From: a virus
Lineage: Duplodnaviria > Caudoviricetes
Reading direction: 5' to 3' (one strand)
Length of the DNA: 64,000 nt
Virus record (IMG/VR): IMGVR_UViG_3300034073_003276
Every line of letters begins with the position of its first letter. The first letter of the stretch is position 1. The notes beneath the pieces were generated by a model. The model was not told the DNA's origin. It saw only the letters and a list, made by a program, of their open reading frames with translations, and did no database searches. A program made the position numbers and the translations under genes. Shown piece by piece: positions 49,301 through 58,162 of the stretch.

Positions 49301-52300
49301 TGAGACAAATTCTTTTGTGAAGTCTTTATCATAGTAAATTTTTAATTCATATCCATAAAGTGAAGAATCGGATAAATCAAATACTAAGTTATTATTTTTT
49401 ACAATTTGAATTTGTGGATTTACTAAACTAATCTCCTGTGTGCCAATTCCGGCAGTTACTAGGTTTACAAAAGATGGAGAAACACTAGAAACTTCTAAAT
49501 GAGTTTCAGATAATTTTATTGTATTATCGTCTACTTTATAAACATAATAAGTTCCAGTTTCTATACCAGATGGAATAGATTCTGATTGATATAGAATTTT
49601 ATCACCAGTTTTAAGTCCATGAGAATTTATTGTAATTTGATTAGACTCTGTACTAATTCCTAAAGAACTAAATCCGATAGGATTTACAATAATATTGTCA
49701 ATTAATGCACTACGTTTAACTCTTACGGCAGTTGATGTTCCTATACCTACCGATAAATCTGGATTTACATTTAAAGTTACAGTATCGCCAATTTTTAATT
49801 CATGAGATGTTGAAACAGAAACTACTGTGTTTATTTTATTAACATCTGCAGTGACTTGAGTAAAGTTTGATTCTATTGAATATTCATAGTTATCGTGTTG
49901 CGGATACCAAAGAGTATTTCTAAAAAATAGTCCATTTGTATTAGTTGTAAATCCAACACTAGTTACTATACCAATATAATCCTTAGATTTGTTAATTGTA
50001 TATAAAGTTTCACTGTCTCCACTTAAAATATTAAATGAAGCACTTGTAGAAGTATTTGATACTGATATTGGAAAGGCACCACTTGGTTTTCTAAAGATTA
50101 CTTGCTGTCCAGTTTTAAATGGGTGATTTGGTATAAAGATACTCTGAGTTGGTATAAATGTATTATATGATGTTATACCAATGTTGTAATTTACATTAAT
50201 TCCAGTACCAGAAGTAGTTCCAACTCCCACAGATTTTGTAGGATTGTAATAAACCTTATCATCAATCTTAGACTCAAAATAATCAGTAGATTTATTAACT
50301 GTGAACGAGTTTGGAAGAAAATATACTGGAGTTGTTTGGGTGTGTATTCCACCACTTGAATCTCTACGTACCTTTACGATACCAAAATTGTCATAAATGT
50401 TTAGAATGGAGAAGGTTTCCGCACCAATTTTGAAACTACTTCCAATAGAAACGGTTTCAGGTATTGAAGATAGATAAATGTCTGTAACTATTCCTGTTGA
50501 AGCATATGCTGGAATTTCTTTATCCAGTATTGTTGAATAAGTTGTAAGTCCTATTTTGTAAGATCCATTTAAATTAGAAACCTGTGTAGATAATCCGGAT
50601 ATATTAATATTATCTCCACTCAAAAACTCATGATATGGCAATACTTGGACTTTTACAGTATTGCCATTTTCCCATGTTATTACCGAATCTGTATAAGATA
50701 CAATGTTAGTATCAATTTGATTAATTTGTTTGCCTTTTACCTTAGATACTTTTGCATAAATTCCACCACCCTCTGTTCCACTTTCATCAAATAATATTTC
50801 GTCACCAACTTTATAATTAGACCCAGAATCAACTACTTGTAGTGAAGAAACACTACCAGAAGAAACTGACTCAATTAAAGTCTTTTGTTCTATGATTTCA
50901 TTAGATTCTACAATAAAGTCATTATCAGCATACTCATCATTTACCTTATACGGAAGAGTATTTCTAATTAGAGAAGAATTATTAAAATCAAACGATTGAT
51001 TTAATGAAATATTTTCTTCGATATATGGAGATCTGTATTCATTTCCAATAAAATATGGAAACTTGCCGACAGATTGATTATCATCATTATTTTCAACTGT
51101 GGCAAAATATGCATAAACACCTTCTGGAAAATCTTTAGTTTTTCCAAATCTACCATTATATCGGTCCAAGTCTCCACTATTGGTAAATACATAATCTTCA
51201 ATAAAGTATCCAACAGGGAAAATAGAAGTAGATGGGCGATTTTCAATAGTTGCTAGAGAATATCCAGGTTCTAATTTTTTAACATTTTCAGTATTATTTG
51301 GATCCGAATATCCATAAGACCCATAGATCGGATTTCCATCATATGCCCATCCAATAATGTCAGAATGTGTAGTATTATTACCAGAATCTTTTAGATTACT
51401 CTTTAAAGATTCAGAATATCCAACAACTGCATATTCTAGATTATTTTCTGTCTCAACTAATATTTCTGTTGCAGGGTCTCTATAATTTTCATTTTGAATC
51501 CCATACTTATATGAATTATTGAGTGTTAGGGATCTTATATTAGATTCAAAGATAGCATTCTTACCTGCAGGAACAGCACGAATCACTGTGTCTGTAATAC
51601 TATAACCTGCACCTGAGTTAACAACGATTACATCTATAATTTTATTATTAGATACTATAGGTCTAAGATTTGCACCAATACCACTACCAGATACAACTAA
51701 ATCTGGAGTGGAATAATAATCTTGTCCTCCATATAGGATAGTTACATCAACAATTCTACCATTTTCAATTAATGGTTTAAATTGTGACTCTTTTCCATTT
51801 TTAATTACAATTTGAGGTCTTTGGTGCTTGTTTAAAACTAATGAACCATAATCCGATCCTTGTTCATAAACATAAACTTGGTCTATTTCACCTCTAATTA
51901 TCGGAGTTGCAACAATAGATCCTTTGACTTGAGTACTTCCTAAACCAACAGAAGTATAATCAACTGATAAAACAATATCAGGATAACTAAAAATCTGATA
52001 TCCAGATCCGGTAGTTGAAAATTTTACATAGTGTTTTCTTTCATAATTAGAAGTATCTGTACCATCAACTCCAGCGTTGCAAAGTCTAAATTTATCAGAA
52101 TCTATTTTTAATACTTGATACCTATTTGCTGTAGATAAACCAGTTATACCTGTAGTTTGATAATCATAAGTTACAATTTCACCATCAGAAAAACCGTGAT
52201 TCTTAAATTCTAAAGTGTGATTATATGTAGAAATACCAACTGGTTTAACTCTAAGTTTTCTATTAGTATAATCACTTCCACTGTTAATAACTTTGATTCC

Positions 52301-55096
52301 TGTTAATCTATTTGTAAGATTAGTTTTAAATTTTTGAATTCCAGAATTTCCAATAGTAGTAAATCCTACTGTATTAATTCCAGAGATATAATCGGAAAAA
52401 GTTTGATATATTTCTATAGTTTTATCATTGATTACTTTCGAATAATAAGTGGCACCATTCACTAAAGTCTTAGACTGATCTAAATCAGATCCTCCAAAAG
52501 TTCCAATTCCTATAGCATTAGAATTATTACTGTTGTAGATAATTGGTTGACCATTTATTAAGTTGTGATTTTTTGTAAATGCAATTCTTTCATTTACAGA
52601 ATCTAATCCACCTCCGATAGAAATTGGTCTAGCATCAAATTCAAGTTCTCTAACAAATTTTTCTATAACTGGTTCAAAACTTGCCCCAGCACCGTTTCCA
52701 CCAGTTAATGCTATGGAAACTACGACATCAATATCAAAGTCCTGTGGATCTACGAATATTTTTTCAACAGATCCTTTTACTACTGGTTGTACAAGGGCAC
52801 TACCACTTGATAAAGTAAGTGAAGGTGGATTTATTACATCATATCCACTTCCACCACTTAAGACGTTAACAGTCTCTAATGGTCCATAATAAATTTTATC
52901 ATTTGTTTTATAACCATATATTTCAACTCCATTCTTTAAAAGACCAATAGGTCCAGGAATAGTTTCATATTTTTTATTTCCACCAATTGTCTGGTTTATA
53001 ATAAACTTTTTAAGAAGTTTTTGTGGTGAAATTAATCTAGATTTTTGGGAATACAACACAAATTTATGTGTTCCAGTTACAATACCATTAGACAATAAAC
53101 CAAAAGAAACATAATCATCCGTTCCAATGGTAGAATTACTCAAATAAAGTCTAATTCTTCGGTTATTAACATTAAGATCATCATTCTTTAAGACCTCAAC
53201 ATAATAATCACCTTCATTCAAACCTTCTATTGCACCAGATTCATCTGGATAATAATATACTCTATCTCCAGTTATAAAGGAAACTACCTGATCAATTCCA
53301 AAATCAATAACACTATAATCGTCATTTTCACTTCTTTCCAACAAACCAACTACAGTATATTCAAAAACATCTGTTTCGGTGGAATATGATGGAAGTGAAT
53401 TAGAAGCTACATAAAGACTATTGGAACCTTCAGAATAAACATTTTGTACATCTGATGTTATCTTATCGTTTCCAAATTCAATAGGTACTAATGAAGATGA
53501 TACTTTTTTAACCTTCCTTCTAACATCATACTTGTCTAGAGGATTTAATGTCGAAGTATTTTTATCAGTAGTAATAGTGTTATCCGAAATTGATAAAACA
53601 CTGACATCATCAAAAGATGTGACTACAACTTCAGTATTTCTTCTTAAAATTTCAACCTTATCTCCAACAGATAAACTTGTATTATCAATTGAAGATTTTG
53701 TTGTTATTGTACTTCCGGAAAATGAATCTATTTGATATCTAGAACTGGTATTATAAATCCAACTATTGGCAAAGATTTGTTTTGTGCTACTACCTTTTTC
53801 TATAATTTGTCCAACATTTTGTGGATATATCTTTTCCCCTTCTAAAAAACTATATGAATCTGAATCAATAATAACATTAGATAATACGCCAGTAATTATA
53901 AATTCTACTTTCTTAGTTATGTCACCATCTTCATATCCATAATAAGTTTCACTAGATGTCAAAGACGATGTTTTGTTGATGGTGATAGATTGATCAGAAT
54001 CTATATAACACCCTAAAAATTGATTAATAGTTTTTTCAGTATAAAAAATCTTGTTTTCATTATAAAAAACAAAACCAGACTCTGCAAATCCAACAGTAGA
54101 ATCTACTGTGATTACATTTCTATTAACAGAATCTAAAGTTACATTTTCAATTACCTTAGTATTTGGAGTTATTAAGAAAGTTCCAGTAACATTAGGATAA
54201 GTATCATCATAACCTACAAAAAAATTAAGTTTATAGTAAGTCTTTCCTTTTCTAGTAATTGCATCTACCTCAGAAACAGAAGCACTGGTATTTTCATCAG
54301 TAGATTTGTAAATCGTCTGACCCTTTAATCTAGTAGGATCACCAGATATTATATCAACTACTGCTACATCTCTTCTTATAAAACTGGCGTCTGATGGTTT
54401 AATTAAGAATCTTTCTAAATCTACTACACTTGGTGTTTCTCCAAATAGAACATTAAATAGAATTCTAAAAGATTCATTTGTTCCTTTAGATTCGTAAAGA
54501 GACCTTGCTTCTTTTATAAAATTACCAACATTTAAGTTTTCAGTAAAATCTACAGATTCTAAACCTGGTGTCAAACTAAACTTAATCTTTTTGTAAAATT
54601 CTTGTAGAAACAGAGAACTTAAATTTTGAATTGTAGCACCAGAAATATGTGCTGCTGCCGAAGATTCGCTAAAAACTAATTCTTCATACTGAAGATCTTT
54701 ATGATAATTAGTAATACCACTAAATCCACGAATACAACCAGTAAAAGATGTCTCAGTTGACCCAGTGTAAGTGATAATTTCATCATCAATTTTTAATAAT
54801 CCATACTGTGAAGGAAAACCTTTAGTACTATCTACTTCTATCGTATTACTAGTTGCAGTAATATTGTTTTCAAGGACAACGCTTCCTATTATAACCTCAG
54901 GAATGAGACTATCGAGGTTTATATATTGGTCTAAATTCTCAACAATATCTGTAGGTCCACCCTGATATTCTTGAGAGATATAATATTGTTTTAAGAATTC
55001 TGATGCTTTTGGACTTTCATCTAAAATAAATTCTGGTAATTGACTATCAATTATTTGTTGTACTTTTACCCTTGATTCGAAACCATTCTGTACCAT
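43331..55096 (-). CDS. g7: giant baseplate wedge initiator (gp7-like), 3921 aa
   Basis: N-terminal SQLPEFI...FLKQYY.SQEY, YESKGT.ESF..LF..LF; HSDIIGWAYDGNPIYG; HTSG.K.F; repeated GxxY..P modules; synteny g6-g7-g8. Confidence 0.85.
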   Translation of the reverse strand: MVQNGFESRVKVQQIIDSQLPEFILDESPKASEFLKQYYISQEYQGGPTDIVENLDQYINLDSLIPEVIIGSVVLENNITATSNTIEVDSTKGFPSQYGLLKIDDEIITYTGSTETSFTGCIRGFSGITNYHKDLQYEELVFSESSAAAHISGATIQNLSSLFLQEFYKKIKFSLTPGLESVDFTENLNVGNFIKEARSLYESKGTNESFRILFNVLFGETPSVVDLERFLIKPSDASFIRRDVAVVDIISGDPTRLKGQTIYKSTDENTSASVSEVDAITRKGKTYYKLNFFVGYDDTYPNVTGTFLITPNTKVIENVTLDSVNRNVITVDSTVGFAESGFVFYNENKIFYTEKTINQFLGCYIDSDQSITINKTSSLTSSETYYGYEDGDITKKVEFIITGVLSNVIIDSDSYSFLEGEKIYPQNVGQIIEKGSSTKQIFANSWIYNTSSRYQIDSFSGSTITTKSSIDNTSLSVGDKVEILRRNTEVVVTSFDDVSVLSISDNTITTDKNTSTLNPLDKYDVRRKVKKVSSSLVPIEFGNDKITSDVQNVYSEGSNSLYVASNSLPSYSTETDVFEYTVVGLLERSENDDYSVIDFGIDQVVSFITGDRVYYYPDESGAIEGLNEGDYYVEVLKNDDLNVNNRRIRLYLSNSTIGTDDYVSFGLLSNGIVTGTHKFVLYSQKSRLISPQKLLKKFIINQTIGGNKKYETIPGPIGLLKNGVEIYGYKTNDKIYYGPLETVNVLSGGSGYDVINPPSLTLSSGSALVQPVVKGSVEKIFVDPQDFDIDVVVSIALTGGNGAGASFEPVIEKFVRELEFDARPISIGGGLDSVNERIAFTKNHNLINGQPIIYNSNNSNAIGIGTFGGSDLDQSKTLVNGATYYSKVINDKTIEIYQTFSDYISGINTVGFTTIGNSGIQKFKTNLTNRLTGIKVINSGSDYTNRKLRVKPVGISTYNHTLEFKNHGFSDGEIVTYDYQTTGITGLSTANRYQVLKIDSDKFRLCNAGVDGTDTSNYERKHYVKFSTTGSGYQIFSYPDIVLSVDYTSVGLGSTQVKGSIVATPIIRGEIDQVYVYEQGSDYGSLVLNKHQRPQIVIKNGKESQFKPLIENGRIVDVTILYGGQDYYSTPDLVVSGSGIGANLRPIVSNNKIIDVIVVNSGAGYSITDTVIRAVPAGKNAIFESNIRSLTLNNSYKYGIQNENYRDPATEILVETENNLEYAVVGYSESLKSNLKDSGNNTTHSDIIGWAYDGNPIYGSYGYSDPNNTENVKKLEPGYSLATIENRPSTSIFPVGYFIEDYVFTNSGDLDRYNGRFGKTKDFPEGVYAYFATVENNDDNQSVGKFPYFIGNEYRSPYIEENISLNQSFDFNNSSLIRNTLPYKVNDEYADNDFIVESNEIIEQKTLIESVSSGSVSSLQVVDSGSNYKVGDEILFDESGTEGGGIYAKVSKVKGKQINQIDTNIVSYTDSVITWENGNTVKVQVLPYHEFLSGDNINISGLSTQVSNLNGSYKIGLTTYSTILDKEIPAYASTGIVTDIYLSSIPETVSIGSSFKIGAETFSILNIYDNFGIVKVRRDSSGGIHTQTTPVYFLPNSFTVNKSTDYFESKIDDKVYYNPTKSVGVGTTSGTGINVNYNIGITSYNTFIPTQSIFIPNHPFKTGQQVIFRKPSGAFPISVSNTSTSASFNILSGDSETLYTINKSKDYIGIVTSVGFTTNTNGLFFRNTLWYPQHDNYEYSIESNFTQVTADVNKINTVVSVSTSHELKIGDTVTLNVNPDLSVGIGTSTAVRVKRSALIDNIIVNPIGFSSLGISTESNQITINSHGLKTGDKILYQSESIPSGIETGTYYVYKVDDNTIKLSETHLEVSSVSPSFVNLVTAGIGTQEISLVNPQIQIVKNNNLVFDLSDSSLYGYELKIYYDKDFTKEFVSVATTTSLSVSGVGTVGVSTNASLTLNYTDSVPEKLYYNLEKSGYISTADTDVVNYSELSFTDSVYNGNYTVVSVGDTTFTVSLSNTPENLNYQKDECDILEYSSNSTSISGGIDQVNLISGGYGYKSLPRFTGSDSATGEGAFVIPSSDSIGKITQSRIINEGFEYASDKTLRPTATIPQLAYISSSNTIDTITILNGGQNYTSAPDLILVNTDTGELINSGFLKATLTGSSIGEVDIEVEPKGLPIRPVTIRSINNSNSVSIDKVESSSSGIVTCILTTPVLGFTTAPFAVGDRIFVEGIEKADSSGDGFNSEDYGYRFFTIENYFELNPSKLEFSVSGLTTNPGVAKTIQESYASITNYKNYPEFEVTQKFLPFIVGETLESDNGIGFQSRDLIVTSCDENIVRVSGKYNLSQNERIRGLQSLSEATVDVVSTTEGIYNIDYFNLQNFGWREETGKLNNDSQVTSDNDYYQNLSYTVKSSKTWEEIVTPVNNLLHTSGTKNFADTQLSQSAQSGVGNTESTLSIINMIVEDNRVDTINNFDFAFDVDTSGDRSRFVKFENTRLSKYILLRTNRVLKIDDISSQFSSSDDEREDVSNILAINSSNGYNKFLVQVKNTSNNEAQFSEIVAINDSENIFNLYKGDLTTGTTGYGSTVFDPDLLLANISGYVDEEGVFYLRFEPEDPFNSDFDIKILQDTFISGIGSTQSLNCIDLISQNKVVTSGITTTIIELDSTKYSSVYSNIHVMNNDSSKMNYVEIYLSHDGSDTYITEYYFDGEGGDSYGFIGSFGASLSGGILSLNYTNTESESISVRSKNVGFGTTALGGDFYRFKLPGQIDGNERTVVFESNYNNVSSGSTSVITLDKSLFTSIKSVVRVGLGETSALHQVMTVYDGSNVSTLQYPFLSIGSTGGIGTFGASIDSTNIILSFYPDPSVTGDIEIISFNECFYTDLDVVNIPPDLDYSTVRQSVRISKYFGINSPSSDKLDFEANYEENPIFMKTFDPSNSIDAVTGICTIPNHFFNTGEELIYRPKSTFIGIGTSALGIGATENYVGVVTTILPEVVYAIKETPNTLRLATKKEYAEQGIGVTFTSLGLGNAHEIEMFKKNEKSLITINNLVQYPISYSYVTHTLSDNGGQIGTASTIFALSGISSIRPTDLLKIDNEFVRVENVGLGTTSSGPISFTGSVPLVEVTRGFVGSTAGVHTDTSIARVHRGSYNISGNKIYFTQPPRGNQLDLIGPDENALPRERATFSGKVFLRQDYTSNQLYDDISEQFTGIGQTFTLTTQGINTVGLGTSGGNGIVFINSIFQSPSTLNNSGNNYVIEEDSVSGISSITFTGIRSDSGIYTSDYDINMNQLPRGGIIVSLGSTSGLGYAPLVGASVTAVVDGGGSIVSVGLGTLDILGSGYRGSVSVAITESGHTGSAANVTASVGVGGTLSFTVVDGGSGYSSPTVNVSSPSYENLPVIGVSRLDIGATTETGVGLLLNVEVGASSTTGIGSTYFEVTNFTITRNGYGFRRGDVFKPVGLVTDARLVSPISEFELTVLDTFSDSFAAWQFGELDYIDSIKNYQNGTRTRFPLFYNSELLSFEIDEGISDSQLIDLDSVLVIFVNGILQEPGSSYQFSGGTSFTFTVPPKEVDDISIFFYRGTRGEDSTLEEVTETIKVGDTIQLFSNNNIPNTITQNKRTVYDIAGSDKVETNLYNAQGIDTENEKPLYWTKQKVDLTINGEIVSKSRDSIEPQVYPTANIIGDLTSTDTEIFVDDFSLFNYENESPINFSAIAFTNTNVGIATTDFSTQFEIISGISAVDGFNASVVGIATTTGIGHPLAVEFTIRNISNPSNSLDFSNLQVGYPVYISNTTVGSGVTSVDTSDADIVAISTSNLNNVYKIHAFDAVTGIMTCNVASDTSTVGIATTGTIKYPVGGMTWGRLSGFTRSSAPISIAVTGYVSSVGISSESYSAGLSTYPIIQRRGFGLRSTGSLVKDKLT

Positions 55097-55097
55097 A

Positions 55098-57053
55098 TTA
55101 TGACCTCGTTAAACTCCCGTTTGAATAACTTGAGCGATAAGAATTTTTTGTGAAGACAACACCAGAAATGTCCTCACCAGATGCAATAGTATCCTTTACC
55201 ATATTTATTTGACTTTTTGAAATGTCAAAAGAAACATACAAGTCTTTCAGACCAACAACATCATTTGACTCAGGATATGCTTGTATTTCAATAATATCAT
55301 TATCTCTTTCAGTTGATGTTATTGTAATGGTGTTAATAGTTATTTCACCTGTTTCATAATTAACAACTCCTGCAGATTGTACAATTACGAATGGTTGTAG
55401 AGAAACGTTTGATTGCGTTTCTATGCTAGTTCCCGTGGATGGTTTTACAATGGCAATTACACCTGTTTTTCCATCAGAATTAGGAACATCACTAAAATAT
55501 ACAGTATCTGATTCATTTAAAATCTTAAATCCAGTTGATTTAATATTATATCCATACTGATTTACATGGAATTGATTTCCGAAACATATTTCATATTGTG
55601 CCTGCTGATTCACAAGAGCCTTTAAGTCTCTTCTTACTCTAACTCTTGTTATATTTGAAGTAACAGCATTGTCGGTATTGTCTATAACTTGTAAAACTTT
55701 ACTATATTTAAATCTTCCACCAAACTTATTTAAATCTACAGACTCCGAATACTTTGTAAGAGAATTGTTTACTCTAGTTTTTAAGTCTGAAGAACTTGCA
55801 ACTTGACTTTCATTATAATAGATAAAAGACTCAATTTCAACATAAAGAATTTTCAGATCAATTATTTTTGTATTAATTCCAGAGACACTATATTGCTTTA
55901 GTTTTGCAAGTATATTTTCTTTGTCAAAATCTGAAACAAATGTGCCATTTTTTGGTTTTATACTGATTAAAACCGTTCCAAACTGTGGTGGAGTTAATTC
56001 TTCTCCGCCAATCACAGAAATTGACTCTGCATTTCCATATATTTTGGACTTAATAATAGTTTCATAATCACTTGCAGTTACTGCTCTATATTGAGATGCA
56101 TACAAACGAGGAGCGAAATAACGAATAGAATCTATTGTTTCAATATCAGATCCATTTTGAGATTTCTGATTAGTAGTAACTGTAATTGTATTCTGTGGTA
56201 TTACATTACCATCATCAGAATTCCTTAATGATCCCGCAAAAGAGAATGTTTCTACACCATTTCCATCCTTTCCACTAGTTATAATGTAGTTACTAGTAAT
56301 TATTGCGCCATTTTCTGGTTTTTGACCAAAAATTCCATCACCAAAAAGAAGTTGATATTTTTCGTCCTGTACTTCCTGAATTAAAAAGATTTGAGAATTT
56401 GAATTTACTTCAAAAATATTATCCACTAATGAGTATTTTATTCCTAATCCACTATCACTAGAACCCTTTACATAGACTCTAACTGTAGAAGTATCAATAA
56501 AAGAGTTGTCAAGTATAAACTTTTGGTCTAAAGATGCATTAACAGTAAACTTTTTGGTTAGAAAAGTTCCTTCTTTGATTATAATATTACTAAATGTTGC
56601 TACACCATTCACAACTGGAACTGTGATATTTTCTGGAGCAGAAAATACATAAGAAGTTCCCCTTACTGAACCAGTGCAGACAAGTCCTGCTTGTAGAGTT
56701 ACTGTTGGCGTATAAACAGGCGTATCGTCGCTTAAAAAACTACTTGGGGGTACATTTACCGTAAAAGATACTGTAGCACTTGCAGCGTTTCTAGAATATG
56801 GCACATAACCAATATTCCTAGCAAGAGAAACTACATTTTCTCTAACAGTTGCCGAATCCAAAAAGGATTCGTTTATCACCATATTCGAATTAAATGCCGT
56901 AATATATGTGTTATACGCTAGAGTATCAATTAGAACAGAGAAGTTAGAACCTTCAAAATCAAAATCCGTGAATGTTGAGTTAGCACGAAGATAATCTTTG
57001 ATTGAAGTTTTTATCTGGTCAAAATCTAGGTTGGTAAATTTAGTGAAAGGCAT
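55098..57053 (-). CDS. g6: baseplate wedge subunit gp6
   Basis: LDFDQIK.S..DYLR, FTDFDFEGSNFSVLID.LAYNTY, FLDSA.VRENVVS.A, QYRAVTA.DY. Confidence 0.96.
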   Translation of the reverse strand: MPFTKFTNLDFDQIKTSIKDYLRANSTFTDFDFEGSNFSVLIDTLAYNTYITAFNSNMVINESFLDSATVRENVVSLARNIGYVPYSRNAASATVSFTVNVPPSSFLSDDTPVYTPTVTLQAGLVCTGSVRGTSYVFSAPENITVPVVNGVATFSNIIIKEGTFLTKKFTVNASLDQKFILDNSFIDTSTVRVYVKGSSDSGLGIKYSLVDNIFEVNSNSQIFLIQEVQDEKYQLLFGDGIFGQKPENGAIITSNYIITSGKDGNGVETFSFAGSLRNSDDGNVIPQNTITVTTNQKSQNGSDIETIDSIRYFAPRLYASQYRAVTASDYETIIKSKIYGNAESISVIGGEELTPPQFGTVLISIKPKNGTFVSDFDKENILAKLKQYSVSGINTKIIDLKILYVEIESFIYYNESQVASSSDLKTRVNNSLTKYSESVDLNKFGGRFKYSKVLQVIDNTDNAVTSNITRVRVRRDLKALVNQQAQYEICFGNQFHVNQYGYNIKSTGFKILNESDTVYFSDVPNSDGKTGVIAIVKPSTGTSIETQSNVSLQPFVIVQSAGVVNYETGEITINTITITSTERDNDIIEIQAYPESNDVVGLKDLYVSFDISKSQINMVKDTIASGEDISGVVFTKNSYRSSYSNGSLTRS

Positions 57054-57054
57054 T

Positions 57055-57456
57055 TTATCTTGTTGCCTCTAATATGAATGAGAACTGTTGCGTTGGTAAT
57101 TCTTGTCCAATGATATCAAAAATAACAGTAACTTCAAATTCATTAGAGTCTGGTCTAGGTTCAACTTCTACATCAACACCAGACACTCTTGGCTCATAAT
57201 TTGAAATTGTGTTGATAATTTGGTCTCTTACAACTGATGCAGTTGCAAAATCTACAAATTCAAATAGACTTGAGCGAACATCAGATCCCAAACTAGGATT
57301 AAAAAATCTTTCGTTTGGGATAGTTTCTACAAGATTACGAATAGAACGAATAATTGCACTCTGATTTTTCAGAATTGGCAGATCTTTGGTCACAGGATGT
57401 GGATCAAAAGACAGACTAATATCCTTGAATGATCTAGATATTCGTGTTACTGCCAT
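57055..57456 (-). CDS. g25: baseplate wedge subunit gp25
   Basis: FKDISLSF..HPVTKD...AI.RSIRNLV.T..NERFFNP.LGS...YEPRV. Confidence 0.95.
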   Translation of the reverse strand: MAVTRISRSFKDISLSFDPHPVTKDLPILKNQSAIIRSIRNLVETIPNERFFNPSLGSDVRSSLFEFVDFATASVVRDQIINTISNYEPRVSGVDVEVEPRPDSNEFEVTVIFDIIGQELPTQQFSFILEATR

Positions 57457-57486
57457 TGGATAAGAAATTTCTTGGATTATTTATGT

Positions 57487-57729
57487 TTATTTCCACAAAG
57501 ATCCATATCCTGGCTCAGTTCCATACTCCCAATCATCATAATCTTCGTCATTGCGAATTTTTTCGTGCAATTCTTGTTGTTTTTTCAAGTTATGCTTAGG
57601 TGCCAGGTCATGCATAACCTCTTGAATCACTCTTTTTGGGGGCACATTATCATAATCGGTGATGAGATGAGTAGTTCCCCACATCTCTCTCATATAATTT
57701 GAGTCCCTATCGACGGGTAAATTAGACAT
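57487..57729 (-). CDS. hypothetical protein, 80 aa
   Basis: AGGAG RBS upstream; ORF precedes g25. Confidence 0.75.
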   Translation of the reverse strand: MSNLPVDRDSNYMREMWGTTHLITDYDNVPPKRVIQEVMHDLAPKHNLKKQQELHEKIRNDEDYDDWEYGTEPGYGSLWK

Positions 57730-57796
57730 TTTAGCTCCTGTTTTAATGAATAAAACAGAACTTTTATAAAGGAGGTTGCTATCTCCTTATTTCTAT

Positions 57797-58123
57797 TTAA
57801 CGATCGATTTCCCGAAGAGAGTAATTGTCAGAATTTAAGTATTTTAATATCTCTAAAGCGATTAATTTTGGATTTCCGTCTCCACAGGTGTAAACATCGA
57901 TTGCTAAACACCCATTTTCAGGCCAAGTATGGCAAGAAACATGACTTTCTGCAAGAGCAATCACAATTGTACACCCTTGAGGTATAAAACAATGTGAAAA
58001 AACATTCAAAATGGTCATTTTAGCACGTTTAATGCCATTGATCATTACATTTTGAAGCGATTCTACATCATTAATCGCTTCAAAATCAACATCATACACC
58101 TCTAAGAGTAGGTGTTTGCCCAT
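57797..58123 (-). CDS. speD: pyruvoyl-dependent S-adenosylmethionine decarboxylase proenzyme (SpeD/SpeH-like)
   Basis: MGKHLL, F.PQG.T, AE|SH autocleavage motif, HTWPE, DVYTCG; ATG at 58123 preferred. Confidence 0.92.
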   Translation of the reverse strand: MGKHLLLEVYDVDFEAINDVESLQNVMINGIKRAKMTILNVFSHCFIPQGCTIVIALAESHVSCHTWPENGCLAIDVYTCGDGNPKLIALEILKYLNSDNYSLREIDR

Positions 58124-58162
58124 TGAAAAGATTTCCAATTCAGTTGTACACAAAAAATGTAT

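Noticed and set aside
57055-57456. gp25 as an active lysozyme
   Set aside because: The historic annotation is not supported; gp25 is a structural sheath-initiation subunit.
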